From an uncultured Acidobacteriota bacterium (lineage in GTDB: Bacteria; Acidobacteriota; Vicinamibacteria; Vicinamibacterales; 2-12-FULL-66-21), in the NCBI GenBank assembly GCA_963764925.1, contig CAVXUR010000008.1, forward strand, positions 3,923-67,922: a stretch of DNA of 64,000 nucleotides. The letters run 5' to 3'. The translations under genes were made by a program, and so were the position numbers. Numbering within the stretch: position 1 is the stretch's first letter; each line of letters opens with the position of its first letter. The notes beneath the pieces are model-generated. The model searched no databases, had not been told where the DNA came from, and saw only the letters and a list, made by a program, of their open reading frames with translations. Of the stretch, positions 10,991-23,505 are shown piece by piece.

Positions 10991-13418
10991 TCACGCGTCG
11001 CGCAACGCGACCATCGGATCGACGCGCGTCGCGCGGCGGGCGGGGATGTAACACGCCGCCGCGGCCACGGCGAAGAGCGCGAGCGTGACGCCGGCAAAAA
11101 TGGCGGGGTCGTGTCTAGCCACGCCAAACAGCATCGTCTGCATGAATCGCGATGCGAGCGCCGAGCCGACGAGGCCGATGACGATTCCGACGCCGGCGGT
11201 CAGCAGGCCTTGCTTGAGCACGAGCGTCAGGATTGACTTCCGGTCCGCGCCGAGCGCCTGACGAATCCCGAACTCACGACCGCGCTGCGCCACGCTGAAC
11301 GCGAGCACGCCGTAGATCCCGATCGCCGACAGGACGAGCGCGACCGATCCAAATAGTGCGAGCAGCACGGCCGGGGCACGCCGCAGTTCGAGCGATCGTG
11401 ACACCCATTGATCCATGGTGCGGACGTCCGCCAGCGGTTGTTCGGGATCGATCGCTCTGACGGCCGCCCTCACCTGGCTGACCAGCGTCTGCGGATCGAG
11501 ACCGGTCTTGAGGACCAGCGCCATCGCTCCCGGAGCCTGCTGCGTGGCCGGGCGATAGACGCGCTCCTTGGTGACTGGCTGCCCGAGGTCGATGCTGTTG
11601 ATGGTGCCGGCGACGCCGACAATCGTCATCGGCGGGCTGTCGGGGCCGCCGCGCCTGATCTGCTGGCCGAGCGCGCTGCGCTTCGCAAAGTACTTGTTGG
11701 CGAGGAACTGATCGACGACGACGACCGGCGGGCTGTCGGCCGTGTCGCCATCGTTGAAGAATCGACCCTCGATCAAGGGGATCCGCATCGCCGCGAAATA
11801 GTCGGCGCCGACCACTTCCTGGCGGCCGTGCGGCGCGGCCTCCGACGGTCCGGGCGTGTAGCCGACGATCGAATAGGACCCCGACGACACGTTGCCGTTG
11901 AACGGAACGTTGGTGGTCAATCCAGCGGCCGTGACACCCGGCAATCCGCGCGCCGCCTCGGTCAACCGGATCCAGAAGGCACGGCGCGCAGCCGCATCGG
12001 GATAGCGCGCCATGGGCAGCGAGATCTGCGCGGTCAGGACGTTGTCGGTGCCGAAACCCGGGTCGACGTTCTGCAACCGCAGGAAACTCTTGAGCAGCAG
12101 TCCAGCGGCGACGAGCAGCACGAGCGCGAACGCCGTTTGCGCTACGACCAGCAGAGAACGCGTGAGGCCCGTGCTCCGTCCGGCCGAGCCGCGAGTGCTG
12201 TCGTCCTTGAGGAGCGACCACGTGTTGCCGCGAAACACGACGAGCGCGGGCACGAGTCCGAAGACGAGGCCGGTGACGATGGCCAGCGCCATCGTGAAGA
12301 CCAGCACCGCCGGCTGAAGCGAGACCGTCGTCATTCCTGGCACCTGCTGTGACCCGAGCGCGACGAGCGCGCGGACACCGGCAAGGCCGAGCAATAGGCC
12401 GCCAAGCCCGCCGAAGATCGCGAGCACGAGACCTTCAGTCAGCATCTGCCGGATCAACCGCCGCTGCCCCGCCCCGAGCGTCGTCCGGATGGCGAGCTCG
12501 CGGTAACGGCCAGTCGCCCGCATCAAGAGGAGGTTCGCCACATTCGCGCAGGCGATGAGCAGCACGAGCAGAACGAAGATCTGTAGAAAGTACAGGGGTG
12601 TGCGGAGGTCGCCGACAAGCTGATCCCGGATCGGCACGGCGTAGCCACCGAACCCGCTCGCTCGCGCGAACGCCTGTCGCTGCGGCAGGCGATCGAGCAC
12701 TCGATCGACGATCGTCTTCATCTGCGCGTTGGCTTGCTCGATCGTCGCGCCCGGCGCGAGCCGCGCGATCATCTGGCTGAACTCGTTGCCGCGACCCTGA
12801 TCGGACATCTGCTGCGGCGTGAACGAGAACGGGACGAGCACGCGAAATATCACGCGACGGCAGCTCGAAGTCCGACGGCAGCACGCCGACGACCTGGTAA
12901 GCTTCGCCGCCCAACCGGATTGAACGCCCGACGATCGCGCGGTCGGCGGCAAACCGCGAATTCCAGATGTTGTAGGTCAGGATGGCGAACTTGTCGGCGC
13001 CGGGTTGCGCTTCTCCTTCCGCGAACCCTCGACCGAGGAACGGCTGGCGCCGCAGCGTGCTGAAAAACGAGGGCGTGACCGCCAGGCCGCGCACCTGAAC
13101 GGGCTCGCCCTCGGCTGCCATGCTCAGGCCGCGCATCGTGAACAAGGTGGCGTCCTCGATGGCAGACGCCTGGGTCTTGCGATCGATGTAGTCGGGAATC
13201 GAGACGCTTGCCTGGGGCAGGCCCATCAGCGGGTAAGTGTTCCAGATGAACACGAGGCGCTCGGCCTCGGGGTACGGCAACGGCCTCAATAAATACTGAT
13301 AGAGCAGGCTGAAAATCGCGGTGTTGGCCCCGATGCCGAGCGTCAGCGTGGCCACGGCAACGAGCGCGAAGATCGGCTGCTTCCGGAACGATCGTAGAGC
13401 GTAGCGGATGTCCTGCAT
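10991..13418 (-). CDS. ADOP-type duplicated ABC permease (MacB_PCD/FtsX x2), frameshift ~12850
   Basis: MQDIRYALRS..TLTLGIGANTAIFS; LLIACANVANLLL; REFGIRQALGA; PARRATRVDPMVALR. Confidence 0.92.
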
Positions 13419-13505
13419 GGCTGGTTTGACGGTTTGCGGCGGTGAATGGTTTCTCCGTCCCTTCTCTCTTTCCCCGGAGGCCCGTTCGAAAGAATACTTG
13501 AACCT

Positions 13506-14339
13506 ATGGGAAGGTTGCTGCTCATCGGCCGGGAGCCGGTACTCGCCGGGGCGCTCGGCGCCAGTCATCACCTCAAAGGCCACGACGTCGAGACGTGCGC
13601 CGGACCGTTCGAGGCGACCCGTCTCCTCCGCCGGCGCGCGTTCGACCTCGTCATCACCGATCCCTCAAGCGACGCCTCCGAAGACCTGGCGCTCCTCAAC
13701 GAGCTCCGTGAGCTGAGGCCGGGAATCAGGACGATCGTGCTCGCCCCGGCGCTCTCGAGCGCCGACGTCATCAAGGCGCTTCGACAGCACGTCTACGCGT
13801 GCTTCACCCGGCCGATTGACTATGAGGAAGTGGCGGACATGTCGCGCGCCGCGATCGAGGATGTGAACTGGCGCGACGGCATCGAAGTCACGTCTGGGCT
13901 GCCCTACTGGATCACGCTGAAGGTGTCGTGCCGGCTCATGACCGCCGACCGGCTGACGCGCTTCATGACCGAATACAGCGCGGGCGTTCCCTCAGTCGAC
14001 CACGACCTGCTGATGACGGCGTTCCGCGAGATGCTTCTCAACGCGATGGAGCATGGCGCCGGCTTCGACCCTGAGAAAGTGATCGAGGTCACTGCGGCCC
14101 AGACCGCGCGCGCCATCGTGTTTCACTTCCGCGATCCGGGCAACGGCTTCGATCGCGACGACCTCAAGCACGCGGCCGCATCGCCGAACCCTGACGACGT
14201 CATCAAGACCGCCGTCGAGCGCGCCGAAGACGGCGTACGCCCCGGCGGCTTCGGGATGCTGATCGTGCGGCAAATCGTCGACGAGCTGGTCTACAACGAG
14301 CGGGGCAACGAGGTGTTGCTGATCAAGCACCTGAAGTAG
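13506..14339 (+). CDS. Receiver-like domain plus RsbW-like (HATPase_c_2) kinase
   Basis: FDLVITD receiver; EMLLNAMEHG, DPGNGFD, GGFGMLIV..VDELVYN. Confidence 0.8.
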   Translation: MGRLLLIGREPVLAGALGASHHLKGHDVETCAGPFEATRLLRRRAFDLVITDPSSDASEDLALLNELRELRPGIRTIVLAPALSSADVIKALRQHVYACFTRPIDYEEVADMSRAAIEDVNWRDGIEVTSGLPYWITLKVSCRLMTADRLTRFMTEYSAGVPSVDHDLLMTAFREMLLNAMEHGAGFDPEKVIEVTAAQTARAIVFHFRDPGNGFDRDDLKHAAASPNPDDVIKTAVERAEDGVRPGGFGMLIVRQIVDELVYNERGNEVLLIKHLK

Positions 14340-14423
14340 CCGGCTGGCTGTTCGCGGCTCGCGGCTGGCTGCTCGCCTCTAGCTACAACAGCTGAGCCGC
14401 TAGCCGCCGACCAGCCGTCAGCT
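14339..14423. repeat. Degenerate inverted heptamer array (GCGGCTn / nAGCCGC)
   Basis: GGCTGGCTG/GCGGCTC units followed by complementary GAGCCGC/TAGCCGC units. Confidence 0.55.
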
Positions 14424-15812
14424 CTACCGTGGCCCCAGCCGCAGCACTGCCTGGTCGGTCGCTACGTAGAGGGTGCCATCGCCCGTGACCGACACTGCAC
14501 GGATGGGACTGTCCAGATCCTGTAACAGTCGCTCGCTCGACACGATCCTCGTGGGATCGCGCGGATCGAGCCGCAGGCGGAGCAGATGGCGGCCTTCTTC
14601 GGCAGCGACGAAGAGGTCCCCCTCGAATGCCGGCAGGAGCGTGCCGCGATAGAAGGCGAGCGCGGCCGCGCCGGTCCCACCGGGGAGCGGTATCCGTCGC
14701 GACGAAGCGCTCGAAGCGGCATCCACGACGCGCAGTTCCTCGAGGTCACGCCGCTTGACGTCTGCGACCCAGAGCGCGCCGGTCGACGGATGCCAGTCCA
14801 ATCCACGCGGCGATTGGAAGTCTGTCGCGAACACGGGACCCGTGCGCTGATCCTCAGGTGTCGTGCCGTCGGTGTTGAGACGCAGCACCTTGCCGTTGTA
14901 CGACGCCAGCGCCGCCGTGCGCCCGGTGCGGGTCGAAGCGTCGAACGCGACATACAGGCGACCATCAGGACCTGTACCGAGCGCCGCCGACGGGCGCGGC
15001 CCGGCGGGGATTCCGTCGAGGAGGACGACGCGCTCGCCGAGCCGATCGCCGACCTCACGGAAGCGGACCAGGCGAAACTGTCGTGATCCCTCGCGCGCAA
15101 GGACGGTATAGACGGCATAGAGCAGCCGCGTGCGTTCGAATTGCGCGTCGAGCGCGAGCGCCAGCAGCCCGCCTTCGGACGTGTCGGTAACGACCACTTC
15201 CTCGATAACGACCGCGGGCTCCGGATCGAGTGCCTCACCGCGCAGGATGCGGATGCGGCCACCGCGTTCGGAAACGAAGACGCGCCCGTCTGGCGCGCTC
15301 GCGAACGCGGTCGGCGCCTGCGGTTGCTCCGGCAGCACGCTCAGCCGGAGCTCGGCGCCGTCGGTCGTGGTCAGCAGCCTGGTCGAGGTGGCGTTGGCCA
15401 TCGGCGGCGGCGCATCGGCGGTTGCCCCGGTCACGGTCACGAGGAGCGCAGCCGACCGGCCGCTTTCAATCACTACACCGTTGTCGACCACAAATGACAC
15501 GAGCTCGATCGAGTGGGCCCCGGCATTCATCGGCGGCATCGGGCTGCTGCAGGAAAACGCGCCGCCCGATCCGCCGCACGTCGCGGTGAGCTCGACTCGA
15601 TTGCTGTCAACGTATGCCGCGTAGCGAAAGCTCGCCAGCTCCGTGGCATCGCCGGCGGACTGAGTCCAGCCGAGCCGTTCCCGTCCGGTGATGCGTTCGC
15701 CGCCGCCCGCCGGGGGGTCGGAGGTCGAGGGCGGCGGCGTGCTGCCGCCACAGGCAGGGATCGCCGCCAGAGCCGCCACGACGGCCGCCGCAGTCCAGCT
15801 AGGCCGTTTCAT
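14424..15812 (-). CDS. Lipoprotein: FN3-like domain plus degenerate PQQ-dependent sugar dehydrogenase (GSDH) propeller
   Basis: Lipobox-like IPAC; EGGLLALALD, GPDGRLYV, GKVLRLNTDGTTPED, PRGLDWHP. Confidence 0.8.
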   Translation of the reverse strand: MKRPSWTAAAVVAALAAIPACGGSTPPPSTSDPPAGGGERITGRERLGWTQSAGDATELASFRYAAYVDSNRVELTATCGGSGGAFSCSSPMPPMNAGAHSIELVSFVVDNGVVIESGRSAALLVTVTGATADAPPPMANATSTRLLTTTDGAELRLSVLPEQPQAPTAFASAPDGRVFVSERGGRIRILRGEALDPEPAVVIEEVVVTDTSEGGLLALALDAQFERTRLLYAVYTVLAREGSRQFRLVRFREVGDRLGERVVLLDGIPAGPRPSAALGTGPDGRLYVAFDASTRTGRTAALASYNGKVLRLNTDGTTPEDQRTGPVFATDFQSPRGLDWHPSTGALWVADVKRRDLEELRVVDAASSASSRRIPLPGGTGAAALAFYRGTLLPAFEGDLFVAAEEGRHLLRLRLDPRDPTRIVSSERLLQDLDSPIRAVSVTGDGTLYVATDQAVLRLGPR

Positions 15813-15877
15813 GCAGTCCTCATACGGGGGATCCACATGATAAGCCACTTGGGCGGCGTCGCCTACAATGCCTCCGG

Positions 15878-17138
15878 ATGACCTATCGCAACGCCGTCTT
15901 CGGCGCGTGTGCGCTCGGCGTGTGCGCGCTCGCGATCATGACGATCTGGGCGCAGAGCCGACTGCGCGTGCGCGTCTACGCCTCCGGCTTTGCGTCACCG
16001 GTTGCGTTCGTGCAGGACCCGCTCGCGCGCGATGTGCAATTCGTCGTCGAACAAGCAGGACGGATTCGCGTGGTGCGCGGCGGCACCGTGCTGGCCACCG
16101 ACTTCCTGGATCTCCGCGCGGCCGTTCTCGCCGGTGGCGAACGCGGTCTGCTCGGACTGGCGTTCGCGCCCGACGCGGCGAGCGGACGGTTCTTCGTCAA
16201 CTTCACCAACCGATCCGGCGATACGGTCGTCGCCCGATTCGAACGATCGTCGGATCCACTCGTCGCGAACCCCGCATCGCGATTCGATCTGCGGTTTGGT
16301 GGACCGGGCGGCGCCGGCGGCGATCGCGCAGCCGTTTGCGAATCACAACGGCGGGCACCTGGCGTTCGGACCGGACGGCTACCTGTACATCGGGCTCGGC
16401 GACGGCGGATCCGGCGATGATCCGGAACATCGCGCGCAGAATCCGCAGGAACTGCTCGGCAAGATGCTTCGCATCGACGTCAACGTGCCCGACACGCACG
16501 CGACCGGCTATCAGGTGCCGCCCACTAATCCGTTTGTCGGTGGCCGGCCGATTGCGGCGCGGCCGGAAATCTGGGCGTTCGGCCTGCGCAATCCATGGCG
16601 CTACAGCTTCGATGATCCCGCGCGCGGCGGCACTGGCGCGCTCATCATCGGCGACGTCGGCCAGAACGCGTTCGAAGAGATCGACTACGAGCCGGCCAAT
16701 CGTGGCGGCCGCAACTACGGCTGGCGGAATCGCGAGGGCGCCCACGACAACGTCACGTCGCGCCCGCCGGCCTTTCTCCCGCTCGTCGATCCAATCCACG
16801 AGTACGGCCGCGCGCTGGGGCAATCCGTGACCGGCGGGTACGTCTACCGCGGCCGGGCGCTCGGTTCGGCCTACGCCGGGCGTTACTTTTTTGCCGACTA
16901 CGTGCAGGGCCGCGTCTGGTCGCTGGCGCTGGCGATCGACGGCCAGGGAGAAGCGCGCGTCTCGGGTGTGATGGAGCACACGGCGGAACTCGGCGGACAG
17001 AGTGAGCTGGGAAACGTCAGCTCGTTCGGCGTGGACGCCGACGGCGAGCTGTATATCGTCAGCCTCTCGCGCGGGGCCGTGATGAGCGTCGCCGGCCTCG
17101 GACCTCCAACGCCGACCGACCTGCGCGTCATTCGTTAG
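15878..17138 (+). CDS. PQQ-dependent sugar dehydrogenase (GSDH family), frameshift ~16310
   Basis: GERGLLGLAFAP, NHNGGHLAFGPDGYLYIGLGDGG, GKMLRID, GLRNPWR, DVGQ, NYGW, SVTGGYVY. Confidence 0.92.
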
Positions 17139-17169
17139 TCGCCTCTCATCGCTGTCAAAAAGCCTCTCA

Positions 17170-17240
17170 TCGCTGAGTGCGCAGAGCACGCGGAGGCAAG
17201 CCTGGATATCTTTGCGCGTTCGGCGTTCTCCGTGGTGAAA
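17170..17240. repeat. Degenerate inverted 9-mer element (CGCAGAG/CGCGGAG..CTCCGTGGTGAA)
   Basis: Related element at ~30958-31025. Confidence 0.45.
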
Positions 17241-17317
17241 GGCTCTTAGAGCAATCCCATGTAGAATCGCGGCTCACGATCGGCCCCCGGACACAGGACG
17301 GCACCAAGGAGCACTCC

Positions 17318-20300
17318 GTGAAGCGCCCAGCTTTCTGGATTTTGCTTGCCCTGATCTCGCTCGCCGCCACCGCGGCGGCGTATCACTACTTCCCGCGGGC
17401 GTTCTCGATCGTGGCGCTCGACATCACGATGACGCGCGAGCGCGCGCTGACCGATGCGGCCGCGATTGCCGCGCGCGACCGTTTGGGCCCGTCGGACTAT
17501 CGGCAGGCGGCCTCGTTCGCGCTCGACAGCGAGGCGCAAACCTTCGTCGAGCTCGAGGGCGGAGGCAAGACCGCCTTCACCAACATGCTCCGCGAGCGGT
17601 TGTACAGCGCTTACACCTGGCGAGTACGGCACTTCAGAGAGGGAGAAACCAACGAAACTCTCATTCGTTTCACCCCCGACGGCCGGCCCGACGGATTCGT
17701 CGAAAAGCTCGACGAGAACGCGCCCGGGGCCGCGCTCGAGGCTGCCGACGCGCGCCGACGTGCCGAAGCCGACGCACAAGCGCGCTGGAACGTGGACCTC
17801 GCGCCGTTCAGTCTCGCGGAGCAGGGACAGGAGCGACGGCCTGGCGGACGCGTCGATCACACGCTGACCTACGAGCGATCGTCGCCAGTCCTCGGCGAGG
17901 GCCGGTATCGTCTCCGGCTGGTGCTGTCCGGCGACCGGCTGACGGAAGTCACGCGCTTCGTGCAGATCCCCGAGGCGTTCACGCGCCGATACGAGAGCAT
18001 GCGCTCGGCCAACGGCGCGATCGGGATTGGCTCGGCCGTCGGGATGGTCCTCCTCTACGTGGTCGGCGGCATCGGCGTCGGTCTCTTCTTCATGCTGCGC
18101 GCCCGCTACGTCTTGTGGCGGCACGCCGCCGTCTGGGGCCTCATCGTCGGGGGCATGCAGGCACTGGCGACGCTCAACGAATGGCCGCTGATGTGGATGA
18201 CCTACGACACCGCGGTGCCTCGCTCGACGTTTGTCGCCGGACAGGTAGCGACGCTCGCCGCGACCCTCGTCGGCTTCTCGGCGTTCATGGCGCTGTCGTT
18301 CATCGCGGCCGAAACGCTCGGCCGGAAGGCATTCGGCCACCACCCGCAATTCTGGCGTGTCTGGTCGAAGGGCCCTGGGAGCTCAGGCGACATCCTGGGA
18401 CGCACAGTCGCCGGTTACCTCCTTGTGTCGGTGTTCTTCGCCTACGACGTCGGACTGTATCTGGTCGCCACGCGCCTGTTCGGATGGTGGACGCCGTCCG
18501 AAGCGCTGCTCCACCCCGACGTGCTGGCCACCTACGTGCCATGGCTCTCGGCGATCGCGAATTCGCTCCAGGCCGGGTTCTGGGAAGAATGCCTGTTTCG
18601 CGCTGTGCCGCTCGCGGGAGCAGCGCTCATCGGCGACCGATTTGGAAAGCGCGGGTTGTTTCTTGCGATCGCGTTCGTCGTCCAAGCCGCAATCTTCGGT
18701 GCAGGACACGCGCCGTATCCCACCCAACCGTCATACGCGCGGCCCGTCGAGCTCATCCTTCCATCGATCGGGTTCGGCTTGCTCTACATCTATTTCGGCC
18801 TCTTGCCCGGGATCGTTCTGCACTTCGCATTCGACGTCGTCTGGTTCGCGCTGCCGATTTTCCTGTCCGAGGCGCCGGGCATCTGGGTCCAGAAACTGAC
18901 GGTCGTTGTGATGACGTTCGTCCCGCTCGGGATCGTCCTGTGGCGGCGAAGGCAGTCCGGCGCGTGGACCACGCTGTCGCCGGGCGACCGCAACCAAGCC
19001 TGGACGCCGCCGGCGGCACCGGAACCAGAACCTGCCGCGCCGACGATCGTGCAGTCCGGTCTGAGCCCACGGATGCGGAGCGCATGGCTTGTGATCGGCG
19101 CGCTCAGCATCGTGGCGTGCATCTGGGGCGCGCTTGGACGAGAACGGACCGACATGTTCGTGCTCAGTCGAACCGCCGCGGCAGACATCGCGCGCTCCGC
19201 GCTCGCCGCCCGCGGCGTGACGCTCGGGCCGCAGTGGCGCGTGCTGCCGGTGCCCGACGACGGAAGGGGCGGCCCACACGAGTTCGTATCCGAGACGGCT
19301 GGCGAAGTGAGACGGCGTCAGTTGCTCGGCCGATACTTGCCGGAACCGCGATGGAGTGTCCGGATCGCGACATTCGAGGGCGACGTGGCCGAACGCGCCG
19401 AAGAGTGGCGGGTCTTCGTAACGAAGGCCGGCCAGATCCTTCGGACCGAGCACACGCTCCCAGAAGCCCGGCCTGGCGTAACGCTCGACGAGAACGCCGC
19501 TCGCGAGCGCGCCATCGCGATCGTGACGCGGGACTTCGGCCTCGACATTGCGGGCGGGACGTTGCGAGAGGTGTCAGCGCGTCCAGCCAAACGCAAGGCG
19601 CGAACCGACTGGACGTTCACCTTCGTCGATGCCTCTCTGCCACCGTTGCCGCAAGGCGAGCCCAGAATCGCTGTGGAGATTGCCGGCGACGAGGTGACCG
19701 CCGTGCGCCGGTTCGTCTTCGTTCCCGAGCACTGGGAACGTCAGCAGCGCGCGACAAGTACCCGCAACCTGATCGTTCGGATCGTCGTCGGCGTTGTCTT
19801 TGGCGGGCTACTGGTCTCGGCGGCCGTCGCAGGAGTCGTGGCCTGGAGCCGCCGGCGCTACACGCCAAGGCTGTTCCTGGCGGCGACCGGAATCATGTTT
19901 GCCGTGACGCTCGCCGCGGCGGCCAATAACTGGCCATCGTCCCAGGCGCTTTTCGTCACCGAGATCCCGCTGCCGATTCAGCTCCTCGGCGCCATCGGCA
20001 TCGGGCTGGTCGCACTCATCATCAACTCGGCGCTGGCAGGATTGGCGCTCGGCGCTCAACCGGCGCGACTGGAAGGGAACGGGACGCTTCCGCCACGAGA
20101 CGCGTTGCTGCTGGGGTGCGCGGTCGGCGCATTCGCCGCAGCGCTCCTGGCGCTCGCTGGATCGCTGCGGACGCCGGCGTGGGCTGTTGCCGCCAGCATC
20201 GCCCCCCTCGGCACATTCGTCCCCGCGATGGCGGTGGCGCTCGAACCGCTCGCCGGCTTCCTGACGCGTGTCGCGGTGATGCTCAGCCTCCTCACGGGCA

Positions 20301-20667
20301 TACATCACGTGACGCTCGGCTGGACGCGGCGACGCGCGCTCTCCGGGGCCGTCGTCGTCTTGGTGGGGTTTCTCGGCGCTGGCGCGCCGGCCGGATCGCA
20401 GCTCGCCGGCTGGATTGCAGCCGGAGCCGTGCTCGGCCTCGGCCTGCTCGTCGCCTATGCGACGGTCCTTCGCGCTGATCTCACGATGGTGCCGATGGCG
20501 CTCGGCGTCATGATGGCGATTGGCGCACTCGGCCGAGGGTTGCAGCGGCCGTTTCCCGGAGCGCTGCCAGGAGCGCTCGTCGCCGCCGTGCTCACCGCTC
20601 TTCTCGCGTGGTGGTGTTTTCTGGCGCTCCGCCGCTGGCGTCAACGCTTCGAGGTTAGCCAACCGGC

Positions 20668-20671
<4 letters not shown>
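17318..20671 (+). CDS. Large membrane protein with CPBP (CAAX protease-like) domain
   Basis: AAGGAG RBS + GTG; WEECLFR, FGAGH, HFAFD motifs; many TM segments. Confidence 0.85.
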
Positions 20672-21033
<362 letters not shown>

Positions 21034-21172
21034 GATGGCCAGTCTAGCACTCTCAGCGCCGGCCGTCCTCGCCGTCGATGGCCTCGGCGTCGGCGGGTTG
21101 AGTAGAATGGCCTCTTGCGGCCGTCAACCAGCGTCATTTCCGCGATCACTCCGATGACACATTCCACTCGAC

Positions 21173-22558
21173 GTGTTTTTGTTCTCAGCGATTGTCGCGT
21201 TCCTGGCGGTGTTGACGACGGGCTCGCGCGCGCAAGTGGCGACCGCGCCTGTACCCCCGTCCGATGCGGTCGTTGTCGAGCGCGTCGACGAGTACATGCG
21301 GGCCGAGATGCGTGTCAATGGCTTCAGCGGCACAATCCTGCTGTCGCGCAAGGGCAAGCCGATCGTTGCCAGGGGCTACGGCGCCGCGAACGCCGAATGG
21401 AATATCCCCAATACCCCTCGCACGAAGTTCCGTCTCGGATCGATCACGAAGCAGTTCACGTCGATGGCGGTCCTGCAGCTGCAGGAGCAGGGCAAGCTGA
21501 AGGTGCAGGATCCGATCTGTCAGTACTTGACGCCGTGTCCCGACGCGTGGAAGCCCGTCACCATCCATCACTTGCTGACACATACGTCGGGGATTCCGAG
21601 TTATACGAATTCGCCGTCGTATATGGCCACGATGATGGTCCCCAAGACCGTCGATCAGATGGTCGCGGGATTCCGCGATCTCCCGCTCGAATTCGAGGCG
21701 GGCGCTCAGTACAAGTACAACAACTCGGGCTATTTTCTGCTCGGCATGCTGCTCGAGAAAGTCACCGGGCAGTCATACGAACGGGTACTGGGCGACCAGA
21801 TCTTCACGCCCCTCGGCATGCAGGACTCAGGCTACGACCGTCCCACGCGGATCCTGGCGGGCCGCGCCTCCGGTTATTCGCGCCAGGGCTCGGAATTGAC
21901 CAACGCGCCCTACCTCGACATGGTGCAGCCGTTCGCCGCCGGCGCGCTGTACTCCACTGTTGAAGACTTGCTGAAGTGGGACCAGGCGCTCTATACCGAT
22001 CGACTCCTGCCGGCCGCGGCTCGAAGCGCGATGTTCACGGCGTTCAAGGGCGGCTACGCCTACGGTTGGGCGGCGCCGGAGCCCTCGCCACAGACATTCG
22101 GCCGCCGGCAGGTCGGCCACGGTGGCGGCATCAATGGCTTCTCCACCATGATCATTCGTTTGATCGACGACAACATCACGTCGATCGTGCTGTCGAACGT
22201 CCAGCAGGCAGCAACGGGGCGCATCGCTCGAGATCTTCTGGCGATCCTCCTCGGCGAGCCCTACCAGGCCGCGGTCGTGCGCACGGTCGCGAAAGTGGAT
22301 CCGAAGATCTACGAGGGCTACGTGGGCCAGTACCAGCTCACGCCGGCGTTCATCCTGACCGTCACGCGGGACGGCGACCGCCTGATGGCGCACGCGACGG
22401 GTCAGCTGAAGCTGGAGGTCTTTCCAGAATCTGACACGAAGTTCTTTTACAAAGCCGTCGACGCGCAGATTACGTTCGTCAGGGACGACAGCGGGACCGT
22501 GACACACCTGATCCTTCATCAGGGTGGCAAGGATCAGAAAGCGATCAGAACGCCGTAG
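21173..22558 (+). CDS. Serine hydrolase (beta-lactamase family) with DUF3471-like C-domain
   Basis: SITK, LLTHTSG, YNN, HGGGING; true start may be ATG 21154 with an indel. Confidence 0.9.
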   Translation: MFLFSAIVAFLAVLTTGSRAQVATAPVPPSDAVVVERVDEYMRAEMRVNGFSGTILLSRKGKPIVARGYGAANAEWNIPNTPRTKFRLGSITKQFTSMAVLQLQEQGKLKVQDPICQYLTPCPDAWKPVTIHHLLTHTSGIPSYTNSPSYMATMMVPKTVDQMVAGFRDLPLEFEAGAQYKYNNSGYFLLGMLLEKVTGQSYERVLGDQIFTPLGMQDSGYDRPTRILAGRASGYSRQGSELTNAPYLDMVQPFAAGALYSTVEDLLKWDQALYTDRLLPAAARSAMFTAFKGGYAYGWAAPEPSPQTFGRRQVGHGGGINGFSTMIIRLIDDNITSIVLSNVQQAATGRIARDLLAILLGEPYQAAVVRTVAKVDPKIYEGYVGQYQLTPAFILTVTRDGDRLMAHATGQLKLEVFPESDTKFFYKAVDAQITFVRDDSGTVTHLILHQGGKDQKAIRTP

Positions 22559-22560
22559 CG

Positions 22561-23401
22561 TCAGGTCGCGGCCTTGTCGAGCCGCGCCGCGAGCCGCACG
22601 AACTCCGGCGTCGGCCCTCGCCACTCGAGCTCGTCAACCGACTCGAAGAGCGCGATGTCTGACCGGAGCGTCGCCAGGTCGCGAAACAGCATCGCCTGCT
22701 CGCGATCGCGGACCAGCGTAGCCGCAAGCGTAGCGGCGTTCGCGGCATTCACCTTCCACGTCCGCCAATCGTCGGGAATCGCCTCGAGGTGACCGAACTT
22801 GGACGAGGACGGCTGCCGACGACTTCGGCCCCCAGCCCTTCAGTCCTGGATAGCCGTCGGCCGCGTCGCCGACGAGCGCGAGGTAGTCGGGGATCGATGC
22901 CGGCGCCACGCCGAACTTGCTGACGACTCCGGCTTCGTCGCGCGTCAGATTCCGCCGGCGATCGAGTTGAACGACGCGTGTCCCCCTGACCGACTGCCCC
23001 AGATCCTTGTCGGGAGTGCAGATGACCACGCGCTCGACGCGAGCGTCGCGTTCCGCCAGCGCGGCGCCCGAGGCCAGGGCGTCATCCGCCTCGAACTCGA
23101 CCATCGGCCAGACGACGACGCCGAGCGAGCGGAGGGCGTCCTCGAGGGGATGAAACTGCGCGAGGAGCTCCGGCTCGATACCCGCGCTCGTCTTGTAGCC
23201 TCGCCAGAGCCGATTGCGAAATGATTCGATGACGTGGTCGGTGGCCACCGCAAGATGGGTCACACCGCTGTTGATCAGGCCGAGCACAGAGCCGACGACG
23301 CCGCGGAGGGCCGCGACTTCCACGCCGCCCTCGCGCACGGACGGCAGCGCATAGTAGTAACGGAACAGCTCGTACGTGCCGTCTATCAGGTAAACCTTCA
23401 T
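22561..23401 (-). CDS. 5'-3' exonuclease / flap endonuclease, frameshift ~22800
   Basis: YLIDG, YKT, FEADD, PDKDL, DYLALVGDAADGYPGLKGWGPK. Confidence 0.92.
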
Positions 23402-23505
23402 ATCCCCGCCGACAATGCAAGAGCCTATCGCAGAACCGCCGTTTCAGGGGACTTGGTGGCTCGACGCGCGCCTGTTAGGATTGCGGAAGCGACTCAGGAG
23501 GTGAG

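Noticed and set aside
21043-21070. CIRCE element (TAGCACTC)
   Set aside because: Second arm missing; better explained as the extended -10 of the ferredoxin gene
23402-23420. PafBC-type TGTCGG before the 5'-3' exonuclease
   Set aside because: No TAnnnT 10 nt downstream; lies too close to the start codon
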